Counted from the first letter of the stretch, positions 34,958 to 47,466 are shown. The stretch: DNA of 64,000 bases from Schizosaccharomyces osmophilus (GCF_027921745.1 NC_079239.1:1054001-1118000); one strand, 5' to 3'. A program made the numbers and translations. The notes: generated from the sequence alone by a model not told the origin.

Positions 34958-35238
34958 ATACCAGACATACAGACAAGATTAGTCGGAATCGAGTTGCCTG
35001 ACTTTTGTCAGGTGCCGCACATTGCACTAAAAGACATCTTCTCGGGTGCGTTTCAAGATCTCACAGGACAAACCCATGAAATCGAATTTCTGGTACACCC
35101 GGCAGGACTTTCGTCCTCCGCTCCTCACGAGCATGCCACGAAGAAGTTCCTCCGACCTTACCCCCTCAATGCGCGTAAACACTTGTAAAAGTGCGTTTGA
35201 ATTTGAGGAAGTGCGGCGTTTGTCCGTACGCCCGGCAT
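34958..35238 (-). ncRNA. rrk1: RNase P RNA (K-RNA), about 281 nt
   Basis: Minus strand reads AUGCCGGGCGUACGGAC...GAGGGGGUAAGGUCGGAG (CR-I)...CAGAAAUUC...GAAAC...GUGCAAU (CR-IV)...CUCGAUUCCGACUAAUC (CR-V, pairs CR-I as P4)...GUCUGUAUGUCUGGUAU, closing P1. It matches the recalled S. pombe rrk1 sequence. Confidence 0.95.
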
Positions 35239-35495
35239 GGTTCTTTTCTACAGATTCCCAGCCTAATTTCCTTCTTTCAAAAGAAAAAGCAAAAACAGCC
35301 CATAATGTCAATCGATTTTACGACTGAAACCTTACTATTCCTTGCTTCATCAATCGATCATAACCAACCCATCAAAAACTGCATCCACCAAGAGTTATCA
35401 AGTTATTTTCTTTCATTTTACTCCATTTCACCACCCGATCACAATTGGTAAAGGATAACGTTTGCTGTTTCCACTGTAAAACTTATATAACGTAG

Positions 35496-35503
35496 TGTGA
35501 CTG
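35496..35503. promoter_or_regulatory. Homol-D box (TGTGACTG) between rrk1 and pre10
   Basis: Exact Homol-D consensus about 65 bp upstream of the pre10 ATG. Confidence 0.65.
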
Positions 35504-35565
35504 CCCTATTGACTTGGGCGCTGGTACTCTCAGGCACCTTCACCAACTACGCATAACATAAGCAA

Positions 35566-36473
35566 ATGGTAAGTTGGGTACACTTGATGACTTTACTTAC
35601 ATTTTAGAGTTCAATTGGTACAGGATACGATTTGGGACTTTTCTTTTCCCCAGATGGACGTCTGTTTCAGGCGGAATACGCGTACAAGGCAGTAGAGAAT
35701 GGAAGGTAAGTGATACCAAAACTGAAGGATGGACTTCACCTAACTGTTACAGTACTTGTATTGGAATTAAATGCAAAGATGGTGTCATTCTTGCTTTAGA
35801 GAAAATCATTATCAGCAAGCTATTAAAACCTCATGCCAACACCCGTATAGGATCGGTCGGTCGTCATGTTGGTATTGCGACCACTGGATTCATACCTGAT
35901 GGAATGCATATTTTAAAACGTGCTAGAGACGAGGCCAACTCTTGGCGTGATAACTACGGTTCTGCCATTCCCGGATCGGTCATGGCTGATCGACTTGGCA
36001 ATTACGTTCAACTTTTCACTTGCTATTCGAGTGTTCGTCCTTTTGGTGTCATGTCTTTTGTTGCTGCATATGATGACCTTGGTCCCCATTTGTATATGAT
36101 TGAGCCTAACGGTGTTTATTGGGGATACAACGGCATTTCAGCCGGTAAAGGTCGCCAAATTGCTCGTAATGAACTTGAAAAGCTAGATTTCTCGACTTTG
36201 AAAATGAAAGATGCTGTTAAAGAGGCAGCAAGGATGTATGTACCTTTTTTGTGATTGCTATTTCGGGTTGAAATCAACTAACTTTTTTACAGTATATATG
36301 CAACCCACGACGAGGAACATAATAAAGACCATGAAATAGAAATGACCTGGGTTGGTGAAGAAACCAACGGCATTCATACGACTGTCCCCGAAGATCTATT
36401 ACAAGAGGCGGAAGCATATGCTCGCCGTACAGTTGAAGGTGGTGAGGACGAGGATGTTCCCATGAACGAGTAA
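35566..36473 (+). CDS. pre10: 20S proteasome subunit alpha7; introns 35569-35607, 35706-35752, 36236-36292
   Basis: [55 protein letters not shown] and an acidic C-tail. The first coding exon is the ATG alone. Confidence 0.95.
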
Positions 36474-37889
36474 CTTCATATTACAAAATTCTCGTGAACG
36501 CAGCTTGTTTCTAACATTTTTATGCATATTGTCCCTTTGCCGAGTCCTCATCTTTAAGGAATGACAATTTGGAAATCTTTCAAATTTTTATAACCGTCGT
36601 TTGTCAATAAGCAATTACAAAAGTCCCTATTTGACATCTTATTCCCCGTTCTTTTATAACCGATCTTCAAAATGATACGAAAATTTGTTTGAAACAATTT
36701 GCTCCTTTATTAAGAGCTTCATGAACGAAATATGCGTTTTCCCTATCCGTCGTTTTCTTACACTCCACAGTTGATGCCGATAAGCCGTTCGTAAGCTTGA
36801 ATGACTCGGAATGATTCATGATTCTTTATATACAGCGTCCCTTACTTTGAATCACATCGAAGACAACCAAAGTAGCTCCTCGTGCTTTTTGTGGGACAGA
36901 CAATTTCATAGACTATTCTATTCCTTTTTTCATGGCTCATAAAATTTATGAAATACTATAGTTACAAATTATTATGAGACAAAACCAATATAGTACGTAG
37001 TAACTCTATTTGAAAACAATCTTTACTGATGATTCATTACTTTCGAAACAATACTTTTTTATACTCAAGAGATTTCTTTAATTAACTTTTTCATTCTCAA
37101 ATTTATTTAATGCTGATTATATTGTAGTAACAGTTATTGAGGTGAATCCCATTAAATTTGAAAAACATCTCACCCAACCGTCTCTAATTGATCTCCAGTA
37201 TACATTTAAGACAGGTAATTTCTGTATCATCTAAATTTATCTACAGTCCTGCTTCGTATCTGTTAAATAAGCGTTGTTCATTGAAGAAATATACACCATA
37301 ATCAGCCTTTATATAACAAATTATAAAAAGCAGTCACACGTATTTCCCCAATTTCGTTGAAGCTCATTAAACGGTAAACAAACATAGGCGAAATCGTCCG
37401 CCGTTGGTAGTGACAGAAAAGCAGCAAGAGCTTCCCACTCGCCGATCGTGTTTTTCTTGTAAAGAAGTTGCTTTATAATTTAACTGAACAGGTAGCACTC
37501 GTACATGATCAGAAAACAATTTGATTCAATCGCTCTCCGGGAAACTTGCATTACAATGCTCATGAAATATCAAGTCTATATATCAATATGATTTTAAAGT
37601 ATATTTTTGAATTGAACTATTCAATGCCGAAGGGATTATTAAACTAAATATTAGAAAGCATATATATGTACACGACTATAATTGCAAACCAATCCAAGGC
37701 CTGTCTTTATAGAAGAAAAAGGGATACAGTTGGTCCACTGAGTAAATGAATATAAAACTTTTGCAAACGAACGCGATACCGAAATTGAATAGGGTGTATA
37801 ACTCAAAAGGAAGGAAAACAACCAAGCCTGAAAAACTATAACACAAAAAGGTAATTATTGATATTATACAGTCGAAACCTGCTTTGCGC

Positions 37890-39077
37890 CTAAGTTTTAT
37901 ATGCGTTAGACTCGGCAGCGTCACTGGAGACAGCCTCTTGTGTAGTTAATGGAATATAATTGCCTTGATCGGCGGGTTTTTGCTCAGGCTTTGTGTACAG
38001 GAACGTAGCGGCAATGACAAGGCCTACACCGACGACAAAAGCAAACGTGATCTTGAAATCCAACAAATAAACACTGACCAAAGAAGACAAAATGATACTG
38101 ATACTAGTCGAAAAGTTCTTCATAATATTATCGGCAAAAGCAACACAGAGTGCTACAATGATACCACCGAACGCTTGAAGCAAGATAGCTAACCAAACGA
38201 CAGGGTTGTAGCCATAGAAAAATCCCTTTTGAACAATATTGGAGTAGTCGCTAACGGCAATTGTGAATATACAGGGCACAATGGAAAAGAAGGAAAGTTG
38301 AACATTACGGACCCATAAAGAGGGATTTGTACCCTTTAAAACCTTTTCAAAGTAAACGCCGGCTAAGCCACTAATTAAGCAAGCAATAAGAACGGCAGTA
38401 AATCCGGTCAATGGATTCATAGAAGAATCAACGGGTGATTTGCTGTCAGAAGCCAAGTTTTGCAATTGCACGATCGCAATGCCACCGGTCAAAATGAAAA
38501 GAGAGAGCCACTTTGTAAGACCAAGCTTGCGATGGAGCAAGGCGACAGAAAAAATCGCCGTGGTAAGAATCTTCAACTGATAGGTTACTTGGAAAATAGC
38601 GACCGAAAGATTACCAGCGGCCACGTATTGCAAGTTGTTTTGGCATGTATAGAGGAAAGCAGGAATCCCCAATTTCCAACTGTCTCCACCAAAAATTTGA
38701 GACAAGAAGGTTCTCAAGCGAGCCTCACTGCCAACATTTCTTCGAAACTGATAGTATCCGATGACAAAACAGACAGTCAATTTGATCATCTCATTTAACA
38801 AAACAGCGGTAGAGGTAAAATACCGTTTATCAGCATAACCAGGCATAATACGAGAGTAATTTAAGGTCTAATAAACAGAGGTTAATATTTGTACATCCTT
38901 TATGGGCTCAATTCTCAAAAGAAAACCGATGATGCTCAGGAGTATTCACCCTCTGATTCCTCACCCATTCACGATGCATACCAGAATAAGGGCACTGTTT
39001 TGAACTGTCAGCAATGCAAGAGCTATGTATTTCATAGGGATGCCTCCAAGCTTCACTTCATCACCTTTGCCAGCCAT
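37890..39077 (-). CDS. gms1: Golgi UDP-galactose transporter; intron 38981-38868
   Basis: MAGKGDEVKLGGIPMKYIALALLTVQNSALIL|TLNYSR, QNNLQY, YQLKILTTA, GVYFEKVLK and ADNIMKNF. Confidence 0.94.
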
Positions 39078-40824
39078 GATAGAAAAAATATTATCTTAAT
39101 AGTTGGTTTAAATAAACAAAATATGCTTCACACTTAGCGAAAGAGCAGGTCCCAGTAAACAATGGATTGGGGAAAGAATGAAAAAAAGAACTCGAATCCC
39201 GGCACAGTTGGTGGAGTCCAACTTTGAGTTACCTCAATCCCCTAAAGCTTAGTCGACACTCCACGTGAATAAGACAGTGCAACAATGTACGTAAAATAGA
39301 ATAACGAAAATGCTTCCGATACCGCAAACAAATCTTACCAGCTATGTTTGGTCGTAAACAATGGGAAATTTTAAATCATTCCTATGATAAATTGAAGGAC
39401 GGATGAATTGATAAGAGTTATAATTATGCTTCTAAGAAGAACAATGGTAGCACTTTTAATGCTTTCAGTTTGAAATGGTTTGGACGGTAAAGGTTTCATG
39501 AAACCAAGGGACTAAATGTGGACCTTTAAGCTTTCGAGGAGTTGATGAATTACCTCGGGCTGGAAGTGAATACTACTTTTCCCATGTACGCCTTCTCTTC
39601 ATTTGAAAACCGCGTTTTGGAAGGGCGGTTTGGAAAATTATGAATTCGTAAACGATTTGACTGGACACTACCTTTTCGATTTATTTTCTTTATAACTTTC
39701 TATACAATTGAGGCTTGATTGAAAGGGAGTGGAATAAAAAGTCTTTTCATGCCATTTGTTCTCAATGGCTTTAATGAAACCCTCAACGTCGTAGTGAAAT
39801 GACATTTGCATTCAAGAATTACAAACTCTCTAGTTTGACTCTTGCAGTTGATTTAATAATTATTGCAGGTACGATGTGGTCAAACGTACATCTATATCGA
39901 TCCGTTCATGACAAGCAATCCATAATCTCAGATGCGTTTCGCCAGACTATGGTCACCAATCTCATTTTTATTTAAAGCTTGTAGAAAAGCAAGGACCATA
40001 TAAACTCGACGAGCAGCAACATTTTCATCATGTTGGTAGAAACCCATTCATTCTTTCGGAAGGATTGTCACAAAGACCCTTGAATTACTAGATTGAAATG
40101 GCAAACAAGCTTTCCTTGTTTGCTCCATGTACTCAGAATTTGTGGGTACCTGTTTGTACGAGTGCTAGCGGCTTGGCAAACCAAGACGAAAACAAGCAAA
40201 TCAAAATAAAGCCTGCGTTTGTCAGGTTCAATTCGAAACATTTCAACTCTTCTTTTTTTTTTTTCCACGAATGCATTTGCCTAGTGATATATAAATCGCT
40301 GTCTGAATTTGAAACCACCCTACGAAGTCCCGATGAATTTTAGCATGGATCAACCAGAAAATCGCTTGAAACCATCAAAATTATAAAATGAAACTGTTTT
40401 GTTTTTCCGTTTGACGGACTCCTTTACTTGTTTCTTTTGTCGTGATGGTGGACGTAAACCAAAGGCATCTTATTTTAAATTAGGTCAAACCACTGCTATT
40501 CTGTTCTATATTCAATTTATTTTTCTTTTCTGATATATATTTTGTGTAATCTGCCGTTATAAATGCTGTTTCGTTTGCCTGCCCGAATTTCATACAGACG
40601 CTTCTTCCCTACACGTAAGAGGTTCTCTCTAAAACGTAGTCATCTTCTTACTCTTCCTGCCGTGTCTATTTAGCACAAAACACTTATATTCTTCATACAT
40701 TCAAGCATATTTGGACTTGAATATATACGAGAGCGGCTAGATTCGTTAGAATTTGTGGATTCATAAAAGAAAATTCTGCCGTCTGGAAAATTGGGATTTC
40801 TCCAAGGTTCCTGGCAAAAGTGAT

Positions 40825-42142
40825 ATGATTGAAAGATTAAAGATAGCTAAAACTCGTCTGGAAGCTATGAATTCATTTCAATACTCTGGTGATCGAAGAG
40901 AACGTCTCCCTTTGCTTGGGGATGAGCGCGATCATTCCATGGCCCGACACAATGCTATTTTAACTACAAAATCCGTTCTCACATCAAATTATATTAATAT
41001 TCTGTTAGTTTTTGTCCCCATTGGTCTTCTTGTTGGATGGTTTCAATGTAATGCAAAGTATGTCTTCTTTTTGAATATGCTTGCAATTATCCCTCTCTCT
41101 TCCCTTCTTAGCTTTGCTACTGAACAACTAGCATCTGACAGTGGCCCTACTATTGGAGGATTGTTGAACGCTAGGTAAGTCGATTTGTTTGCACAGAAAG
41201 CCCCGTTGCCACGAAGCTTCTTTTGGAAATTCTATTCGTATTTTTATACTAACCGTTTTCAGTTTTGGTAATGCAATTGAACTTATTGTTGGTGTTTTGG
41301 CTCTAAGACGCGGTGAAATCCGTATCGTACAAGCTTCTATGCTTGGCTCCATTTTGTCAAACTTACTATTGGTATTTGGTATGTGCCTTGTAACGGCAGG
41401 AATCCGACGCCAAATCGCCAGGTTCAATGTTACTGTTGCTCAAACTATGGCTGCTATGCTTGCTTTGTCTACTGCCAGCATCATTATTCCTGCCGCTTTC
41501 CATTTTAGTGTTCCCGACAACAAGGCTAGCGAAACAGCTTTGCTTCAAGTTTCTCGCGGTACGGCCGTCATTGTACTAGTTGTTTATCTCTTATTATTGG
41601 TTTTCCAACTGAAAACTCATAAACATGTCTGCAGAGATGTTAGTGAATCGGAAGAAGAAGAAGATCAGGAACCCGTCCTTGGATTATACGCTTCCATCTT
41701 CGTTCTTGGTTTAGTTACTGTTTTTGTATCCTTATGTGCTGATTATTTAGTTGGTTCTATTGATGCCTTAGTGGAAGAAATCAACATTTCCAAAACTTTT
41801 GTCGGTTTAATTGTTCTGCCAGTAGTTGCTAATGCCGCCGAACATGTCACAGCCGTTATTGTATCTTACCGCGGCCAAATGGATTTGGCGCTTGGTGTTG
41901 CTATCGGTTCTAGTATTCAAATTTCTATGTTTTTGGCTCCTTTTTTGGTTATTGTTGGTTGGTTCATCTCTCAGCCATTGACGCTATACTTCGAGTCTTT
42001 GGAAACAGTAATTTTATTCGTTTCTGTTTTCTTGGTTAATTACTTAATTCAAGATGGAGCTTCCCATTGGCTTGAAGGTGTCCAGCTCCTTGCTCTTTAC
42101 GCCATTGTTGTTTTGGCATTCTTTTACTTCCCGACTCAGTAA
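40825..42142 (+). CDS. vcx1: Vacuolar Ca2+/H+ exchanger (CAX family); intron 41175-41262
   Basis: GGLLNA|SFGNAIE, GSILSNLLLV, ANAAEH and GSSIQIS alpha-repeat motifs. Confidence 0.94.
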
Positions 42143-42794
42143 GTTAGTGCTGGGCTGATTTATTTTTTTCTTAATGAAGCTTTGACAGTTGTCGACCTTC
42201 TTTTATGAGTAGAGTATCTATGTGTGAAATAAAAAACTATTGAATAATTTTTCGACTTTTTTTTTTCTTTAAATGATAGTATGAATGTACAAATATTTGT
42301 ACATCAAAATTAGTCCATCTTCTTTTAAAATACATAGGCCACGCTTCTTTTTTTTGCTATTCACGAAGCAGACCAATACTCATATGCAATTTTCTTACTC
42401 GATTTTACAGTAGCACTGTCATCACCAATTACGAAGTGCAATACTATTTAAATACATAACGAAGCCCCATTGAGCATTTGCCTATTCTGACAGAGAACCA
42501 ACGGGTTTACTTGTATGTATACCATCTGGTCGTACCTAGTTTAACCAAACCTCAAATTTCCTTTCCCTACATAAGTCATACTGCCCAACAAATCAAAGAG
42601 AAAATAAAGGAATATCATAGCATTACTTTTAATGTATTATTCACTCTTTTAGCAATCTACCAGGCTTTCTTCAATATTTACTCTAAAACTAATTGAGAAC
42701 TTGTCTAGTTATTTATGTAATTACGTTTTCCTTCTCCATACCTTTTCCTAGTTTATTTATTCAAGGCTGATTAAAATACTAAGTAATCTAAACA

Positions 42795-43736
42795 ATGAAT
42801 TCGACAGCGAAACAAAACCAGGCATCTATCGATATAATCGAACAAGCAAAAGAGAATATTGAGCCTAGAAGGCAAGGCCATTCTGCTTCTGCAATCAGCA
42901 AAACATTTTCTAATGATCATGAGCAAAAAGTCAGCAACCAACTGCACGAAGAAAGAATAAACTTTGAGGAAAAACTTCAACAATCGGACAGAGAGGAGGA
43001 TCCTTTACAAATATGGATTGACTATATTCAATGGACTTTAAACTCTTATCCTCAAGGTAATACTACGGAAAGTGGGTTGCTTTCTTTGTTAGAACGTTGC
43101 TCTCAGCAATTTACAAAAGCGCCCGCTTATAAAAGCGATATACGCTACCTTCGTATTTGGATGCAATATGCGAAGTACGTAGAGGATCCAGCTGAACTTT
43201 TCTCCTTTTTATCTCTTCATGAAATAGGCACGAACTTTTCACTTTATTACGAAGAATTTGCAGGTTACTATGAATCAAATGGATTATACACAAAAGCTGA
43301 AGATGTCTATCAAAAAGGGTTTCTCCGAAAGGCTAAACCTTTCGCTCGATTTCAGCAACGTTATGATCAGTTTGTCCATCGTAGAGTCATATATGCTCCT
43401 GATACTTTTTCTGCGAGGCCAATTAATGAGTATCCTCCTTTGCAGACTACTTTCCAACTATCTAATCCTCAACCTGAAAACGGACGATCCGAAGCGTCTG
43501 TTCCAGATGCACGACAATTTTCTGTTTTTTCGGATCCTGATGCTATCGATTCTTCAAACGGTAAATCCAGCAATCCCTCCTCATGGGAAAATTTTGGAAC
43601 TGTGGAGCAGAAAAGGAAAGAAAATACGATTCCTTCTCGTGCCTGGGTCGGTGAAACTTTACAGACACAGTCCTCTCGTAAAGTTGATCCATTGAATAAT
43701 TTTTCTGTTTATCAAGATGAAAATTCCTCCAAATAA
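42795..43736 (+). CDS. mad3: Spindle checkpoint protein Mad3
   Basis: KEN boxes (KENIEP, KENT), TPR domain DPLQIWIDYIQW...YKSDIRYLRIW, and ABBA-like FSVFSD / FSVYQDE. Confidence 0.94.
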   Translation: MNSTAKQNQASIDIIEQAKENIEPRRQGHSASAISKTFSNDHEQKVSNQLHEERINFEEKLQQSDREEDPLQIWIDYIQWTLNSYPQGNTTESGLLSLLERCSQQFTKAPAYKSDIRYLRIWMQYAKYVEDPAELFSFLSLHEIGTNFSLYYEEFAGYYESNGLYTKAEDVYQKGFLRKAKPFARFQQRYDQFVHRRVIYAPDTFSARPINEYPPLQTTFQLSNPQPENGRSEASVPDARQFSVFSDPDAIDSSNGKSSNPSSWENFGTVEQKRKENTIPSRAWVGETLQTQSSRKVDPLNNFSVYQDENSSK

Positions 43737-43912
43737 TCTCTCTCTTTCGACTACAAACGAAATTCTATTTCCTTTTGCAAATATATACGATAAATTGTGG
43801 ATCAGTGTGTCAAATTCTAAACCTGTCCAAGTCGTCTTTCATTTTTTATCATATATAAAGCAGACTAATAATAAAATATAAATAATTTATTGACCGAATG
43901 CATAATGAAAGA

Positions 43913-45139
43913 CTAACTTGGAGAATCTTTAGTAAAAACCATAGACGCAGCTTTCGAAAGACGATTCATTATAGCCAATCCTTCATTGTCTTCAGCAACA
44001 CCTTCCACTAAAACAAAATCCACACCTTTTAAATCCAATTCACGTAAATGAGCAAACAAGTTTTTTGTTATTTCGGAACCTTCTTCTCCTAAATCAAGAA
44101 AAGTCAAGTTGCTGAATTCCCCAAAAACCTCCTTTTTCCATTTTCTGCTACATAAAACTCCAATCCTGGCTTCATCTTTATCCATATTTTTCTGTCTTAA
44201 CTGATCATATAAACAATCCATTGCTTCGCGTTCTTTGTAGTCTAAAAACAGCATAACTTTTGCAGTAGGGGAATAGTGTCGATATTTCATACCTGGAGTT
44301 TGAGGAATAAAGTTTTTTTCCGTATTTACTGCTGTAGGTTTATACACTTGAGTATTCACCCAAACCCCTCCACAGTCCCGAATTTGTTCGAGACTAACAC
44401 CACCTGGACGTAGAATAACAGGCGGATAACAAAGACCATTAACTACAGTGCTTTCAAGTCCGACACCACAAGAACCGCCATCTAATATTAAAGGTATTTT
44501 CCCTTGCAGATCATTATATACGTGTTTAGCCTGGGTGGGTGAAGGTCGAGTAGAAGCGTTTGCCGACGGAGCGGCTAAAGGAACATCAGAGAGAGCCATC
44601 AATGCAAGAGCAACGGGATGTTGAGGCATTCTAACAGCAAAAGTAGGTTGATTTGCTGTGACTATCGGCGACACTGGTGGATGCTCATTGTTTTTTACAG
44701 GGAGAATAATAGAAAGAGGCCCTGGCCAGAATCGATCAATTAATGGCTTATAAATCTGCGGGATTAAAGAGCTATCCGGCAAGTCACTGTCTTTTGATTT
44801 TAGAGGTTGGCCCTTCGAAATAAGCCTACGAAGTTGATCTAGAGAAGCAATGTGCACGATTAAGGGGTTATCTGCTGGACGGTTTTTAGCCTTGTAGATT
44901 GAGTAAACAGCATCAGTCCTTCTTGCATCAGCACCCAAGCCGTAAACCGTTTCGGTAGGGAAAGCTACAGGATCATTTGTATTTTTCAAAAGTTCAGCAG
45001 CTTCTTGTAAAGCGCTCAAAGTATTTGAAGGTTCAATAAGGAGCTTTGCTGTATCAAAGGGATGCTCGTTTGGGTCCTCTGGCTTGCCAAACTTTATTAA
45101 AGACGAATCGACCGTTCGAATTCTTGTAATTGTCGACAT
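43913..45139 (-). CDS. sua5: Threonylcarbamoyl-AMP synthase Sua5 (t6A)
   Basis: VAFPTETVYGLGA, KNRPADNPLIVH, PSANASTRPSPT and PGMKYRHYSP. First ATG at 45139. Confidence 0.95.
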   Translation of the reverse strand: MSTITRIRTVDSSLIKFGKPEDPNEHPFDTAKLLIEPSNTLSALQEAAELLKNTNDPVAFPTETVYGLGADARRTDAVYSIYKAKNRPADNPLIVHIASLDQLRRLISKGQPLKSKDSDLPDSSLIPQIYKPLIDRFWPGPLSIILPVKNNEHPPVSPIVTANQPTFAVRMPQHPVALALMALSDVPLAAPSANASTRPSPTQAKHVYNDLQGKIPLILDGGSCGVGLESTVVNGLCYPPVILRPGGVSLEQIRDCGGVWVNTQVYKPTAVNTEKNFIPQTPGMKYRHYSPTAKVMLFLDYKEREAMDCLYDQLRQKNMDKDEARIGVLCSRKWKKEVFGEFSNLTFLDLGEEGSEITKNLFAHLRELDLKGVDFVLVEGVAEDNEGLAIMNRLSKAASMVFTKDSPS

Positions 45140-45921
45140 TGTACGATAGGAAAGGCTAAAAAAAGCCAGGGGTCTCAATGAATCCAATAAATGCAATTTG
45201 TAAATCGAATTAATATAATAAAGAGAATCAGAATGGAAGCCAACGGAAATAAAATCTTAAGTTGACCCTTTCAAAATTTCCACAAAACCAGAATAAAACA
45301 CCACTAACAACGTAAGATTGGGTTTCCTTAAACTATAATATCCCAAAAATCATCTAAAGAACCAAATTTCCTTTCAATTTGCTCGTTTGATCCGTTTTAT
45401 GATTTCCTGCAACACTTGTTTAGTAATTCGAACGTATTGCCAAGAAGAAAAATGAGTCTAAGACCATCAACGAGAAGACGATGATTACTACAATATAGAA
45501 GAAGAACAAAAAAAAAAGAGGGTAGTTACTAGATTGAAGTATTATTTTATTGAATTCAAAGTTGAATTGTTCATTATGATGAAGAATAGCATAGCATGTT
45601 AGAATGAGTTGTCTCATCTATTAGTAAAGACTTTTTAAGTAATATCTATCTAATGAGTTAGACACATTTTTACGATATAGTCATTATACAAATATGGCAT
45701 ACAAGCGCTTTAGGAAAATCATGACAGAAGACCGGCCGTATTAATACTGGTTTTAGCCAAAGTAAAATAAGGAAGAACCAGATTGAAGGATATAATTACC
45801 AAAGAAAGCGTGCATAAAGAGATTTGTTCATGCATAAGCTTGATTTCATGCTATCTTGGGCGTTAACGGCATGTAAAAAGAAAAAGGAAAATAGGAAAGG
45901 GTAAATGTACGTTTTGATTTT

Positions 45922-47136
45922 TTAAACAATTCGATCCAAAGCCAACAAGACTAAGCCAAGGATAGTAAAGAGGAAGAAGAAGATTTTAGCTGTCCGGCTA
46001 CTTCGTGATTTAGCATGAACGAGTTGACGGTTTCCGCCAGTAATTGAATCAGCAACATTCATAGCGTCTTCATATAACTTTTCCGCTGCAGTAGATTGAA
46101 TGGAAAGATGAGTAGATATTTCCGTCTGTAATCTCGCAATTTCAGCTAAGGATTTCCCTGTTTCTTGTACTTGTTGCATTGTATGCTCGAATTCCTGCAA
46201 CATGAGATCATTATCTTGTTCCAGTTGCACCAGTTGCTCCTGACTGAAGTAATTTGGAAGCTCAGAATCAGGGATTTCTGCGGAAGACATATCACTCGTT
46301 TGCTGTGGATGCAAGATGTCTGACATGATTGTCTTTCTTTCTTGAGCTCGTCTCAGTCTCAAATCTTGAAGTTGATACAAAGAGGAAGAGACGTCTGAGA
46401 GTTCATTCTGTAGATACCATAATATAGAAGAACAATGAGCAACTATCGTTTCAGATTTTGTAAGTTTTTCGGGACTCTTTAAGCCTTGCAGCCACCCGGT
46501 CCGTTTGGGGATTTGGCTTTGTTTGTCTAGAGGTAAATAAGTTAAAATCGCAAAATTGACGAAAAGCTTTCAAATACCTTTCAACTTTTTTTGAAGAGAA
46601 CCGATTTTTTGAACGCAAGAGTTGATGATTGTTGAGGCCTCATGGTCAATTTCATCTCGCTGTAAATCATTCAGCTCCAGCTTGGAAAGCTCCTCCAATG
46701 AGGATTCCATTAACGGTTTTGATAGTTTATGAACATTGGAAACAGCTTGGCCCTTCAAATACGCTCCACGGATCTTCTCAAGAAACGTACAAAGATGAAC
46801 AATTGTATTATGCTAGAATGATTAGTGGTTAAGACACTTTCGGTATTTAAGAGGAATTGCTGACGTATAGAAAGAGAAAGGAGAAGTCGTCGAACTGCTT
46901 TCAGAGATATACATTGAATATTAAATCACGAGGATTCTTTACAATGGTATCTTTTGCTCTCTTTTCTTCAATCAGTAACAGCAATTCGCTTCAAATGTTC
47001 ATCTTACGATTATATAAGCTTCTGCGAGAAAACCATCTTGAACATTCGAAAGTTTGGGCTTTCTCAGAGAAAGGGTTTCCAAGTCTACGTTCCCTTTTTT
47101 TATGAATCCAAAAAATTCGTTTGTTCTGTTTGCCAT
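45922..47136 (-). CDS. ufe1: ER t-SNARE Ufe1 (syntaxin-18 family); introns 47007-46813, 46577-46527
   Basis: MANRTNEFFG...DGFLAEAYII|HNTIV...LEKIRGAYL, SNARE coiled coil and C-terminal TM. Confidence 0.9.
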
Positions 47137-47401
47137 CTTTCAAGACGAATATCCTCGATTTCTACTCATATATACTGTCTAATTGAAATAAATACTAAGC
47201 GTTTCTGATTCCCTATAAAACGACCCAGATGTTTTCTTAGCTTAGAGTTCTGTAGGACTACAAAATTCCAATTTAACACAACCCAGCGACTAACGCTAGT
47301 GGTCCAAACTAGTTATGATATTTTAACAGAAACAGCTAGTTGCTGTTCGGCATGCTTTGATGTTTATTTTTTTTAGTGTGAATACGCCTTGGATGCCGCT
47401 G

Positions 47402-47466
47402 ATTTGTTTGTTTGCTTACACTCAGTAGTTTGTTGAAATCAGTTTACGTACTTGTAAACAAACAAA
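47402..47466. promoter_or_regulatory. Inverted forkhead/FLEX-type sites in the ufe1-for3 divergent promoter
   Basis: GTAAACAAACA 47454-47464 and near-reverse-complement ATTTGTTTGTTTGC 47402-47415. Confidence 0.4.

Noticed and set aside
34695..35451. Cluster of short overlapping ORFs between ura6 and pre10
   Set aside because: Explained by the GC-rich RNase P RNA gene and its flanks.
38868..38981. gms1 intron as a box C/D snoRNA (ATGGG/CCCAT stem, GTGAGGA, CTGA)
   Set aside because: Boxes are degenerate and only about 7 nt of rRNA complementarity could be found.
45576..45660. ATGATGA box C-like motif between sua5 and ufe1
   Set aside because: No downstream CTGA box D or guide sequence.
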